Shown one piece after another: positions 44,445 through 54,033 of a stretch of 56,725 bases of DNA. The notes below the pieces were generated by a model. It had not been told where the DNA came from and made no database searches. It saw only the letters and a list, made by a program, of their open reading frames with translations. The DNA is from Spirochaetales bacterium (GTDB taxonomy: Bacteria > Spirochaetota > Spirochaetia > SZUA-6 > DRHE01): positions 1 to 56,725 of the forward strand of contig JAFGQJ010000221.1 of assembly GCA_016935715.1 (NCBI GenBank), given 5' to 3'. The translations under genes and the position numbers were made by a program. Position 1 is the first letter of the stretch; the number at the start of each line of letters is the position of its first letter.

Positions 44445-45374
44445 CTAGCTGTAGGAAATCCTGGGATCGAGGAATCCATAGACGATGTCGACTATGAAGT
44501 TCATGATTACGAGAATCACCGAATACACGATCACCGTGCCCATCAGCAGGGTATAGTCCCTGTTGAAGGCAGCCTGAACAAAGAACTGCCCCAACCCCGG
44601 CACCCTGAAAATCCTCTCCACCACCACCGAGCCGGTGATGATGCCTGCGAAGGCCGGCCCCAGGTAGCTGACCACGGGCAGCAGTGCCCCTTTCAGAACG
44701 TGCTTGAACATGATCACGATCTCCCGCAGGCCCTTGGCCCGGGCGGTGCGTACGTAGTCGGAGCGCAGCACCTCGAGGATGCTGGCTCTGGAAAGACGTG
44801 CATTGTAGGCGAAGTAGGGAAATGACAGGGTTATCACCGGCATGATGATTGTTACCCACCCCTGCGGCCCGGTGATCCAGCCGGAGGTGGGAAGCCATCC
44901 GAGCTTCAAGGCGAAGAAGTACATCAGGACAGGTCCGATGACGAAAAGAGGCACGGTAATACCGATCACGGCGAAGGACATTGCCGTATAATCGACCCAG
45001 GTGTTCTGCCGAACCGCAGAGATCATCCCCACGCCTATTCCCAGAGTCACGGCGATACCTAGGGCAATACTCCCTAGGATCAATGAATTCGGCAGGCTGT
45101 TGAAGATGAAATAGTTCACATCGTGATCGTAGTAGCGGAAGGAAGGACCAAGGTCTCCGGTAAGAACATCGAGCAGATAGCGGCCGTACTGGACAATCAG
45201 CGGCTCATCCAGATGATACTTTTTTTCTATATTCCTCAGAATCTCCTGGGGGAGTCTCTTTTCTCGATCAAAGGGACCACCCGGTGCCAGCCGAATAATG
45301 AAGAAGCTAATCGTGATGATGACAAAGAGCGTGGGGATCATCCCGATAAGCCGGCGTATGATGAATTTGGTCAT
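44445..45374 (-). CDS. peptide ABC transporter permease (OppB/DppB-type)
   Basis: MTKFIIRRLIGMIPTLFVIITISFFIIRLAPGGPF is the canonical OppB/DppB N-terminus. DYVRTARAKGL EAA motif. Confidence 0.92.
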   Translation of the reverse strand: MTKFIIRRLIGMIPTLFVIITISFFIIRLAPGGPFDREKRLPQEILRNIEKKYHLDEPLIVQYGRYLLDVLTGDLGPSFRYYDHDVNYFIFNSLPNSLILGSIALGIAVTLGIGVGMISAVRQNTWVDYTAMSFAVIGITVPLFVIGPVLMYFFALKLGWLPTSGWITGPQGWVTIIMPVITLSFPYFAYNARLSRASILEVLRSDYVRTARAKGLREIVIMFKHVLKGALLPVVSYLGPAFAGIITGSVVVERIFRVPGLGQFFVQAAFNRDYTLLMGTVIVYSVILVIMNFIVDIVYGFLDPRISYS

Positions 45375-45440
45375 TCCGACACAACTCCGAACGATTTCTT
45401 TTGGGGCATTATAATGTTTTGGGTATTGTACGACAATACA

Positions 45441-45469
45441 ATGAAAGGGAGCCGGACAAACCGGCTCCC
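45441..45469 (-). terminator. intrinsic terminator/attenuator-like hairpin between the binding-protein gene and the permease genes
   Basis: The minus strand reads GGGAGCCGG-TTTGT-CCGGCTCCC followed by TTTCATTG. A second 7-bp hairpin, GTATTGT-cgt-ACAATAC, follows at about 45423-45439. Confidence 0.5.
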
Positions 45470-45501
45470 TTCTCTATGCATGTTCAGACGTCTAAATTCT
45501 C

Positions 45502-47118
45502 TTACTTCAGATAGATGAACTTCCAGGGATGGATACCCTGCACGGATCCGTACCAACCGCCCCACTTGTCCAGATCGATCAGGTCGAGATTCGTGTAGTG
45601 ATAAATCGGGAGAATGCCCTGATCCTGTGTGATGAAAATTTCTTCTGCTTCCCGAAGGGTGTCGAGCCTCTTCTGGCCGGCTGGCATTCTGGCGGCACTC
45701 TGGAGAAGCTCGTCGAATTTCGGATTGCTGTATTTTCCGTAGTTCATGCCACCGTCGGTTTGGAACAGCTCGAGGAAGGTGTTCGGGTCCTGGTAGTCAC
45801 CTACCCAACCCATACGAAGAACCTGGAAATCCTGCTCCTTGCCTCTGGCTAGCAGAGTCTTCCATTCCACGTTTTCAATCTTGAACACCACTCCCAGGTT
45901 CGTTTCCCACTGCTGCTGGACATACTCGGCTATCTTCTTATGGCCTTCGGAGGTGTTGTAGAGGATGGTCAGATCAGGAAACCCCTGCCCTCCGGGAAAA
46001 CCGGCATCCGCGAGTAGCTGCTTGGCCATCTCCACATTGTACGGATTACCCTTGGGGGGTTTATACCCGGGGAACTCGGGAACGATGACGTTCGCCGGAA
46101 TCTGGCCTCCTCGAGAGACTTTCTCAACGAGGGTCTGGCGATCGATCGCCATGGACAGGGCCTTGCGCACCCGAACGTCGTTCAGCGGCTTCATGCCATG
46201 ATTGACCTCGTAGAAATACGTAGCCAGCTGGGGGGAAACCTGGAAATCGTCCCGGGTTTTCAAAGCATCGATCTGGTCTGTGGGAATCAAACCTCGGTTC
46301 CAGTCGGCCTCCCCGGCCAGGTACATGTTGAGGCCGGTGTTGTAGTCATCCGTCGGAATGAAGATGATCTTGTCCAACTTCACCGCATCGGCGTCCCAGT
46401 ACATATCGTTCTTCACGACTGTCAGCACTTCCTGGGGTTTCCACTCTTCGAGCAGAAATGGTCCATTGCAGACCATGTTGCCCGGCAGCGTCCACTGATC
46501 TCCGTATTTCTCTATTGTATGCAGCGGCACGATCGCAAACGCCTGGTGAGGCAGCATGCCGATCACATACGGTGCCGGCCCAACCAGATCCATCTGGAAG
46601 GTATAGTCATCAAGGGCTCGGATCTGAACCGCCTCCGGACCCGCTTCACCTTCGTTGTACTCGGCGGCGCCTTTGACCACCATGGTCATCATCCAGGCGT
46701 AGGGCGCACCGGTTTCAGGATTTAGTTCCCGCAGCCACGAATCCACGACTGTCTGGGCGGTGATCGGCACTCCGTCGCTCCAAGTCGACTTGCGCAATTT
46801 AAAGGTATAGACCAGGCCGTCATCGCTGATGGTCCAGCTCTCCGCCACGGCCGGTATGCCGTCGTTTGTCTTGGGATCGTTGATCAGCAATCCTTCGAAC
46901 AGAGCCATGTAGATCCTGTGAGAAGTCGTATCTTCCATCAGAGCCGCATCCAGGGTCGGCGGCTCTGAACCATTGAGGATGGTAAAGACGACTTCTTCCC
47001 TGGCAGTTTCCGCAGCCGGCGCTGCGGCCTCCGGGGCAGGTCCTTCCTCGCCTTTGCCGCCCGCAAATCCCAGTGCGGCAACGAAGAGAACCATGAGCAA
47101 TACCAAAAGCTTTTTCAT
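45502..47118 (-). CDS. peptide ABC transporter substrate-binding protein (family 5, OppA/DppA-type)
   Basis: Signal peptide MKKLLVLLMVLFVAALGFAGG followed by a family-5 SBP body of 538 aa. Confidence 0.92.
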   Translation of the reverse strand: MKKLLVLLMVLFVAALGFAGGKGEEGPAPEAAAPAAETAREEVVFTILNGSEPPTLDAALMEDTTSHRIYMALFEGLLINDPKTNDGIPAVAESWTISDDGLVYTFKLRKSTWSDGVPITAQTVVDSWLRELNPETGAPYAWMMTMVVKGAAEYNEGEAGPEAVQIRALDDYTFQMDLVGPAPYVIGMLPHQAFAIVPLHTIEKYGDQWTLPGNMVCNGPFLLEEWKPQEVLTVVKNDMYWDADAVKLDKIIFIPTDDYNTGLNMYLAGEADWNRGLIPTDQIDALKTRDDFQVSPQLATYFYEVNHGMKPLNDVRVRKALSMAIDRQTLVEKVSRGGQIPANVIVPEFPGYKPPKGNPYNVEMAKQLLADAGFPGGQGFPDLTILYNTSEGHKKIAEYVQQQWETNLGVVFKIENVEWKTLLARGKEQDFQVLRMGWVGDYQDPNTFLELFQTDGGMNYGKYSNPKFDELLQSAARMPAGQKRLDTLREAEEIFITQDQGILPIYHYTNLDLIDLDKWGGWYGSVQGIHPWKFIYLK

Positions 47119-47272
47119 AGATCCTCCTTTAAAAGATCTTTATGAATTTTAGTCTTGCAGCTACGCTGCGTCCAACCATAAATAATCAACGCTTTTGATG
47201 AATAAGTCAAGGCAAAATTCCCCCTGTGTTCAGGAGCCCTCCTGTTCGTGTATAGTCTCCATTGGTTCAGCG

Positions 47273-49516
47273 ATGAAGCGTTTCATACTCTACGCTCTGC
47301 CTGTGGTCTTTCTGGTCTGTTTTCTGCTCCGTCTGCCCGTGCTGCTGCCTGCCCTGTTCCTGCCGCGGTCGGTATATCTGCTCTACGATCGGAGCCTGGA
47401 CGCCCCGTCGGTGTACTCCAGCCTGCTCCAGCACGGGAGGATTCATCTTCTGGCCGACGGCCGAGCCCGCAGGTTGGACCTGCGCGATTTCGAGGAGCCG
47501 GAAAGCCTCCTGCCCCTGCTCGCCGGGTACAGGGAATCCCCCCGGGCTCAGTTGGAACGCTACACGGCCGCGATCGCAGCCCAGAGTCCGCCGCTGGGCA
47601 GAGCCAGGATCCTGTTCGCCCGCCGGCCGCTTTCCCGGGACGTGGCAGCGGCGCGCAGGATCCAAAGCCGGGAAGGCCTGCCCGTGGAGATCGAGGTGAT
47701 CGAGCGCCACGGGGATCCGCTGTTCCTCGCCTGCTCCAGCACCTTCGGCTCCGGTGAATCCTCGGTGGATTTCGATCTGCTGTTCTCCACGGACATCCGC
47801 GGCTATGAATCGATCGCGGTGAGCAGAAACGGCGAGCCCTTCACCCGGCTTCCACCCGCAGCCCTTGATCAAGGACGGCATTTCCGAACCTCCCTGCCCG
47901 CCGGGGAAGACACGGTGCTGGAGCTCGAGGTGAGCGGCGGGGACGCGGTGCTGCGCCGGCGGCTGCACATCCCCACTGGAAATGCGGAGGACCCGCAGCT
48001 GCTGATCATCAGCGACAGGGAGGGAAGCGCATCGTTTCTCGAAGGCCTGTACGCGGCAAGGAAGGTTCCCCTGTCCCGGGCGCTGGAACAGGAGCTCCTG
48101 GAATATCCTCTGCTGGTCTTCGACGGCGTGCCTATTCGGGGCATCGAACCTCAGCTTTCCGCTGCCCTGCGCGGCATCTACCAGAACAGGTCCACCTCTG
48201 TGCTGTTCGTCAGCGATTCGCCCTCCTTCGGCAGCCGGGGCGACAATCCCGTGATAGAGGAGATCCTTCCCGTGGAGCTGGCTCCCAGATCCCTGAAGTA
48301 CCTTCCGGACATGGGGATCCTGATCCTGCTGGACATTTCCGCCAGCATGAGCGGGGAAAAACTGTCACTGGCCAAGGTATCGACCCTGGAGCTCATCGAG
48401 AATCTGAAAGACTCCGACCGGATCAGCATACTCGCTTTCTGGGATCGATTCCGCTTCCTCCACGGCTTCGAGGAAAAGAAAAACCTGGACTCCGAATTCC
48501 AGCTCGCCCCCCTGACGGCTCAAGGGGGCACCGACCTGTTCACCGCCCTGGAGGGCGGGTTGAACCGGCTGTCGGATCTACCGATGCCCCAGAGGCATGT
48601 CATCATCCTGACCGACGGCAAGACCAGGGAGGGGGATTTCGACTCCCTGATCGAGCAGGCTCTGCTGCAGGACATCACAATCTCCACCCTGGCTGTGGGG
48701 CCGGAGATCAACGAAGGTCTGCTGATCCGGCTGGCCGTCAAAAGCGGCGGGAACTTCTACAGGGTCGATGATCTGGATGAGATCCCCTCCCTGATCTTCG
48801 AAGACCGCCGGGAGATCGCCCGCTCCAGCTTCGGGGAGGATCTGTTCACCATCTCCGATTTCGCGGGCAGGGAGGTCGGCCGGGTCTCGGGGATGAACCT
48901 CTATGCTCCCAAGGCGCAGCGCGTCCTCCTGTACGAGAACCAATACGAGGACCCCCTGCTGCTGATGGAAAAGCGGGACCGCCAGCTGATCATGATGCTG
49001 CTCTCCGACATGTACGGGTACTACACGAAAGATTTCCTGTCCGATACTTCGGTGGTGCGCACCCTGCAGAGAACCTTCGATGCGATCCTCCAGAAGAACA
49101 CGCTCAGCATCCGTATCGGGGAATCCTTCGGGAAGGTTTCCCTGACGGCGAGCGGAGAAGGTCTGGTCGATCCGCTCCTGGCGATCTACTCGGACAACCG
49201 TCTCATTGCCGAACAGACCCTCGCTGCGGGCAGCTTCCTGACCTACAGCACGGAGGTTCCCCTTTCCCGGCCGGGCCGCTACACCGGGATTCTCTACAGC
49301 CGGGGAGCGCCGCTCACGCGCATCCCCCTGTACTTCAACGGCAACATGGAGGGGGGGGACACCGAATCGATCCTGGCCCTGCAGACGTACAAATCCCGTT
49401 CGTTCCGCGCACTGCCCGCGGGCAGGCTCTACCTCGTGTTGTTCTTCCTCGCCTCCATCGCGGTAACATTCTTCTCCAGGCAGTCACTGCGGAGTGCGGG
49501 AAAGGGGGAAGGATGA
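47273..49516 (+). CDS. membrane-anchored von Willebrand factor A (VWA) domain protein
   Basis: ATG at 47273 gives the TM helix MKRFILYALPVVFLVCFLL. MIDAS LLDISASMSG with downstream GGTD and ILTDGKT. C-terminal TM helix LYLVLFFLASIAVTFF. Confidence 0.85.
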   Translation: MKRFILYALPVVFLVCFLLRLPVLLPALFLPRSVYLLYDRSLDAPSVYSSLLQHGRIHLLADGRARRLDLRDFEEPESLLPLLAGYRESPRAQLERYTAAIAAQSPPLGRARILFARRPLSRDVAAARRIQSREGLPVEIEVIERHGDPLFLACSSTFGSGESSVDFDLLFSTDIRGYESIAVSRNGEPFTRLPPAALDQGRHFRTSLPAGEDTVLELEVSGGDAVLRRRLHIPTGNAEDPQLLIISDREGSASFLEGLYAARKVPLSRALEQELLEYPLLVFDGVPIRGIEPQLSAALRGIYQNRSTSVLFVSDSPSFGSRGDNPVIEEILPVELAPRSLKYLPDMGILILLDISASMSGEKLSLAKVSTLELIENLKDSDRISILAFWDRFRFLHGFEEKKNLDSEFQLAPLTAQGGTDLFTALEGGLNRLSDLPMPQRHVIILTDGKTREGDFDSLIEQALLQDITISTLAVGPEINEGLLIRLAVKSGGNFYRVDDLDEIPSLIFEDRREIARSSFGEDLFTISDFAGREVGRVSGMNLYAPKAQRVLLYENQYEDPLLLMEKRDRQLIMMLLSDMYGYYTKDFLSDTSVVRTLQRTFDAILQKNTLSIRIGESFGKVSLTASGEGLVDPLLAIYSDNRLIAEQTLAAGSFLTYSTEVPLSRPGRYTGILYSRGAPLTRIPLYFNGNMEGGDTESILALQTYKSRSFRALPAGRLYLVLFFLASIAVTFFSRQSLRSAGKGEG

Positions 49517-50802
49517 AGCGGACCGGCGCAGCGCTGCTTCTCTTCGCCGCCGCCGTCGCCCTGGACTGCCAGTCCGTTCTCATCGGGGAGGAGCTTCGGC
49601 CCTTTCGCATCAACGAGGCCGTGGTGACGGATCTTCAGGGGATGCGGGAGGCGCGGGTGCGGATCAGCGGACGAAGTCTCTACGGGGAAGAGATCGAGCT
49701 GTTCGAGTCCGGACGGTTCGACGACTCCGGGCCTCTGCGGTGCTACTTCTACCTCGACGATTCGATCCGCGGCGTGAGCATCACCGTGTCCTCCCCCGAT
49801 CTGGAACCGGTGTCGTTCGAGTACGACGTGAGCTTCAATCCCTACTCGGTAGCGCTCTGGTCAGCCCCCGGGCTCGAGCTCCCGCCTCTTCCCGGCTACA
49901 GACCCGTCTCCGCCCCCGGGCAGCTTGGACCGGGGGATATCCTCGTTCTGGACCAATCCTCATCCCTGCAGGCGGCCGGCAGGAGAGCGAGTGAAATCCT
50001 GGACAGGGGGATTCACATCGTCGCCGACGCATCCCTGCTGGAGAGCTCTCCGTTATCCCCCGAACAACAGTTGGACCCCTGGCGCGGATTGCTGCTGAGC
50101 CTCGATCCCCTGGATACAGCCGGTCTGAGGGAGCTGCTGGAGACGCAGAGGCGGATGTTCGCCGGCACCAAGAAGCGCTACCACGATCTGATCGCCTCAG
50201 CCGATTTCTACGGCATCCCCGTACGCCGAAGCGCGTCTCTGGTCTTCGAGAACGCCCGGGCCCGGGATATCGCCGCTTCCCTGGAACGGGATTATCTGCC
50301 CGGCAGGACTATGAGAGCGCCCGGGCTGCGGCTCCTGGCCTTCTACCTGCCGGCCCTGGTCCTGCTCGCGTTCGTGAGAAAAACCGGCGTGCTGCTTCCC
50401 CTGCTCTGCCTGCTCCTCTGCCTGTTCGTCGTGCTGTCCTTCCTGAGCCCCGCTGCGGACCAGTCGCTGCTGCTGGCGCTCAACCCGTCCCAGCTGAGCT
50501 CGGGAACAGTGAGGCTCCTCCGAAGCCGGGCGGCCGAGCATGAGTCCGCCGCATCTCCGGGAATCCTGCCGGTGCCCGGGGTCGATGAACAGCACTTCGT
50601 TCCCCGCGACTACGATCCCTCCGGCTGGAGCCTGCTCTACGGCGTGCACCGGTCCACGGGCAGGGAAATCCCCCTGGCTGGGTTCAGCGACGCGGCTGCG
50701 GTGAGATTCAACCAGATCCCCGAGATAGAGAGACGGGGGGAGGGCTACGCGCTGGTATACGTCAATCCGCTTCGATACTGGAGTCTCCATGAGCCGGATT
50801 GA
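49513..50802 (+). CDS. hypothetical exported/lipoprotein-like membrane protein
   Basis: ATGA overlap with the upstream stop. The N-terminus MKRTGAALLLFAAAVALDC is signal or lipobox-like. Two TM helices lie near residues 270-320. No family recognised. Confidence 0.62.
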   Translation: MKRTGAALLLFAAAVALDCQSVLIGEELRPFRINEAVVTDLQGMREARVRISGRSLYGEEIELFESGRFDDSGPLRCYFYLDDSIRGVSITVSSPDLEPVSFEYDVSFNPYSVALWSAPGLELPPLPGYRPVSAPGQLGPGDILVLDQSSSLQAAGRRASEILDRGIHIVADASLLESSPLSPEQQLDPWRGLLLSLDPLDTAGLRELLETQRRMFAGTKKRYHDLIASADFYGIPVRRSASLVFENARARDIAASLERDYLPGRTMRAPGLRLLAFYLPALVLLAFVRKTGVLLPLLCLLLCLFVVLSFLSPAADQSLLLALNPSQLSSGTVRLLRSRAAEHESAASPGILPVPGVDEQHFVPRDYDPSGWSLLYGVHRSTGREIPLAGFSDAAAVRFNQIPEIERRGEGYALVYVNPLRYWSLHEPD

Positions 50803-51277
50803 ACGGGCGGCCGCCATGGCGCCTGCCGCCCTGCTGTTGATTTTTTACCTCCCGAACTGGTGGCCGTCGCTGCAGGACCGCGATCCGCACCCGCTGGTGC
50901 TCGCGGTCCTGCTCGCCCATCTCCTGCTCGTCTACCTGCTGCCGTTTGCCATGTCCGAGGTGCTCGTCCTGCTGCTGCTCTCCACTCCGGCCCTTGCTTC
51001 GACCCTGCACGGCTTCTGCGGATTGCCCGTGCTGGAGTCCTATCTGGTGGTTGCCCGCTGCGCCCTGGCTGTTCTCCTGTATTTTCTGCTATCCTCCATA
51101 ATCGAAACGTACAAACCCGGAGCGGCAGCGCCGACTGCGCGCCTTCTGGCCGCCGCCGCCGTCGCCTTCCTCTGGACGTTCGTGCTGATGGGGCAGAGCA
51201 TGCTGTTTTCCCTTTCTCCGACAATCCTGACGGGACTGCTCCTGTTGTATCGCCGCAAGGGCAAGATCCATGGATGA
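50789..51277 (+). CDS. hypothetical polytopic membrane protein
   Basis: 14-nt overlap with the upstream gene. About 4 hydrophobic helices. Confidence 0.58.
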   Translation: MSRIERAAAMAPAALLLIFYLPNWWPSLQDRDPHPLVLAVLLAHLLLVYLLPFAMSEVLVLLLLSTPALASTLHGFCGLPVLESYLVVARCALAVLLYFLLSSIIETYKPGAAAPTARLLAAAAVAFLWTFVLMGQSMLFSLSPTILTGLLLLYRRKGKIHG

Positions 51278-52400
51278 GGCGACAATCCGCGCCGGAATAA
51301 CGCATCTGCTCAAACGCTACCTGCGAAACGGGCTGTTCAACCGGCTCATCACCTACGCGCTGGTCAACCTGTCCGCCTACATGCTCCTGCTCGCCGTGAT
51401 GATCCTCTCGGATTCTTCCCTCTTCCTCTTTCACCTGCTGCTGTTCTTCAGCCTCTCCCTGCTGCCCCTGTTCCTGTTCTACCGGATGGAGACGGCCTCG
51501 CTGCAGCGGGCGGTGCGGCGGCTCGATGAGCACTGCCTGGTGGAATCGTACCTGCACAGCCCGTCGGAGCAGCACCGCGCCTTCATGGGGGAGCGGGTCC
51601 AGTCATACCTGGAACGGAAAACAACGGAGGGAGCGTTTCCCTTCCGACTGTGCCGGGGCAACCTCTACCTGGCCGGACTCTGCCTGACCGCCTTTATCGC
51701 GCTGCAGCTGATCTCCCTGGCAACTTTCCGGGATTTCTCCGTTTTTTCCGCGCGGACCATCAAGAACCGGCTGATCGAGCGCGCTTCCCTCGGGGAGGCG
51801 GTGGCTGAGCTGCCCGTGGAGGATGCCTCGGAGGGGGGGCCGGCCGCCGCCGAGCCGATCCGGCCGACCGTCGGGGGCGAAACCGGGCAACGGCGCGGGG
51901 AGGGGATCCCGGAGGATGAGGCGCTTCAGGAGCTGCTGGAGGATGAGAACCTGGTCGCCGCGGAGAGGATCGAGCGGCTGGGCCCGGGAGATTTGAGAGA
52001 TCAGGAGGAACAACAGGCAGATCGGGGTGAAAGCTGGTGGAGGCAGCCGCTCCCGGCAGCGGAAGCGGACACCCCTGCACAGACCGCCTCCGGAATCGCC
52101 GGGGATGAGGGCCGGGATTCGGCCACCGAGGGCAGGGGCGCGGAGGCGGGGTCCGGCGAAGCGGGTCGAACCTTCAGGGAATCACCGTTGAAGGAGTATA
52201 CCCCGATCCCTGAGAGGCTCGCCGCCGAGGGAAGCGAACAGCTGTATCCATCCGATGCCGTGGGCGAAGGGGGCAGACAGAGTTTTGCGGAGGCCCTGTT
52301 TTCAGATTTCGGCAGGCTCCACGATCTGCGGATCACCTTCGATCCGCTGTTCGATACCATACGGGAGAGATACCTGGAGTTGCTCGATGAACAGCTGTAG
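51270..52400 (+). CDS. hypothetical membrane protein with long acidic low-complexity region
   Basis: 8-nt overlap with the upstream gene. N-terminal helices (LITYALVNLSAYMLLLAVMIL, LLFFSLSLLPLFLFY, LYLAGLCLTAFIALQLI), then a Glu/Asp/Gly-rich segment. Confidence 0.58.
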   Translation: MDEATIRAGITHLLKRYLRNGLFNRLITYALVNLSAYMLLLAVMILSDSSLFLFHLLLFFSLSLLPLFLFYRMETASLQRAVRRLDEHCLVESYLHSPSEQHRAFMGERVQSYLERKTTEGAFPFRLCRGNLYLAGLCLTAFIALQLISLATFRDFSVFSARTIKNRLIERASLGEAVAELPVEDASEGGPAAAEPIRPTVGGETGQRRGEGIPEDEALQELLEDENLVAAERIERLGPGDLRDQEEQQADRGESWWRQPLPAAEADTPAQTASGIAGDEGRDSATEGRGAEAGSGEAGRTFRESPLKEYTPIPERLAAEGSEQLYPSDAVGEGGRQSFAEALFSDFGRLHDLRITFDPLFDTIRERYLELLDEQL

Positions 52401-53031
52401 GGTATTCTCCGGTGGATCGGCACATGCGGCGGCGCTCGCAGCCGCTGCCGCGGTTGCAGCCGGGGCGGGCCTGTTTTTCCTCATCCGCCTCCTGGAGGGA
52501 TTCGTTCGAGGCTCGATGGAGGTGAATGTTCTGATCGAAGAAGGAGCGAAGATCCTCGTGTTCCTGGCCGCGCTAACGGTATCCCGGTTTGCAGTCCTGA
52601 GAAGGCTCCTGCAGCCCGACGATTCCGGCAGCGCCTCCGGATCGGAGGCACGGTTGCCTGCAGCACTGACCGTGGCGCTGAGCACGTCGGCGTTTCTGTG
52701 CATCGGCTCCTTCGGGATTGCCGAGAATATCCTGTTCTTCCTCAGCTTCCCGACCGGCTCGGTCTACGGGAGGCTGCTTTACTCCTTCCCGATCCATCTC
52801 AATACGGCTTTACTCTACTGTCTCGGCTTCCTGTCCGGAAGGATCCTCAGGGTGGGGTTGTTCCTGGGCCTCGGTTTTCTCTACCATCTGGGACTGAACC
52901 GGCTGTCGCTCGACCTGCCCCGGGCTGCGGTGTACCCGGTCGGAATCGTCAATGTCGTCATCCTCCTGCTCCTGTACTGGAGGCTGCGCCTGAAGATTGC
53001 GCTGGGCTCGACATTTGTGATCAAGGAGTAG
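52387..53031 (+). CDS. PrsW-like intramembrane protease family protein (tentative)
   Basis: ATG at 52387 overlaps the upstream gene by 14 nt. Motifs in TM segments are IEEGAKIL (EExxK), FGIAENILF (FAxxEN-like), PIHLN and YHLGLN (HxxxN). Confidence 0.55.
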   Translation: MNSCRVFSGGSAHAAALAAAAAVAAGAGLFFLIRLLEGFVRGSMEVNVLIEEGAKILVFLAALTVSRFAVLRRLLQPDDSGSASGSEARLPAALTVALSTSAFLCIGSFGIAENILFFLSFPTGSVYGRLLYSFPIHLNTALLYCLGFLSGRILRVGLFLGLGFLYHLGLNRLSLDLPRAAVYPVGIVNVVILLLLYWRLRLKIALGSTFVIKE

Positions 53032-53037
53032 ACAGGC

Positions 53038-54033
53038 ATGCTGGAATCCAAATTGAACCGGCTCCTTCACTACTACAGTGATTTTTCCGAATTCCTGAAC
53101 CAGAGGATCGTGGGCTGCAGCGAGATCGTGAAGCGGCTGTTCATCTCCCTGATGATCGGCGGCAACATCCTGCTGGAAGGTCCGCCGGGAGTCGGCAAGA
53201 CCAGCATGGTCAGGGCCTTCGCCGAGCTGCTCGACCTGGCCTACTCCCGGATCCAGTTCACCCCCGATCTGATGCCCCTGGACATCATCGGCTCGAATAT
53301 ACTGCAGCAATCGGAGGCCGGCTCCCGCACCTACGAATTCTTCAAGGGTCCAATTTTCGCCAATATCGTGCTGGGCGATGAGATCAACCGGGCTACGCCC
53401 AAGACCCAATCGGCATTCCTCGAAGCCATGGAGGAAAAACGCATCACCTTTCTGGGCAAAGAGCACCTCCTGCCCTCCCCCTTCATGGTGATCGCCACCC
53501 AGAATCCCATCGAGCTGGAGGGCACCTATCCCCTGCCGGAGGCGCAGATCGACCGCTTCCTCATGAAGCTGTACTTCCATTACCCGGATTTTCTGCAGCT
53601 CAAGCAGATCATCAACACCAACGAATTCCCTGATCGCCTCGTGCATCCGCAGGAGAAGAAATCCGGCAAACTTTGGAATGAGCTGCGGGAGCTTGAAAAT
53701 GAGGTGATCGTCATCGATGACATCAAGAACTACATCGCCCGCCTGGTCGTCTCCACACATCCGCTTCACTCCAATATCCCGGAGATCAAGCGGTACGTGC
53801 TCTACGGGGCCTCTCCCCGAGCCGGCATCTACCTGCTGCGGGCGGCCAAGTGGAAAGCGCTGCTGGAGAACCGGGTCAACGTGAGCTTCGAGGATATCGA
53901 GGAGCTGGCCTGTGACGTGCTGAACCACCGGATCATCCTGAACTTCGACGCCGAGGCTGAGGATGTGGAGATCTCGAAACTGCTGCAGACGATCCTCCAG
54001 GATCTGGAGAGGAGGTACAGACCCAGGTCATGA
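53038..54033 (+). CDS. MoxR-family AAA+ ATPase
   Basis: Walker A LLEGPPGVGKT, Walker B LGDEINRA, ATQNPIELEGTYPLPEAQIDRF. Confidence 0.95.
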   Translation: MLESKLNRLLHYYSDFSEFLNQRIVGCSEIVKRLFISLMIGGNILLEGPPGVGKTSMVRAFAELLDLAYSRIQFTPDLMPLDIIGSNILQQSEAGSRTYEFFKGPIFANIVLGDEINRATPKTQSAFLEAMEEKRITFLGKEHLLPSPFMVIATQNPIELEGTYPLPEAQIDRFLMKLYFHYPDFLQLKQIINTNEFPDRLVHPQEKKSGKLWNELRELENEVIVIDDIKNYIARLVVSTHPLHSNIPEIKRYVLYGASPRAGIYLLRAAKWKALLENRVNVSFEDIEELACDVLNHRIILNFDAEAEDVEISKLLQTILQDLERRYRPRS

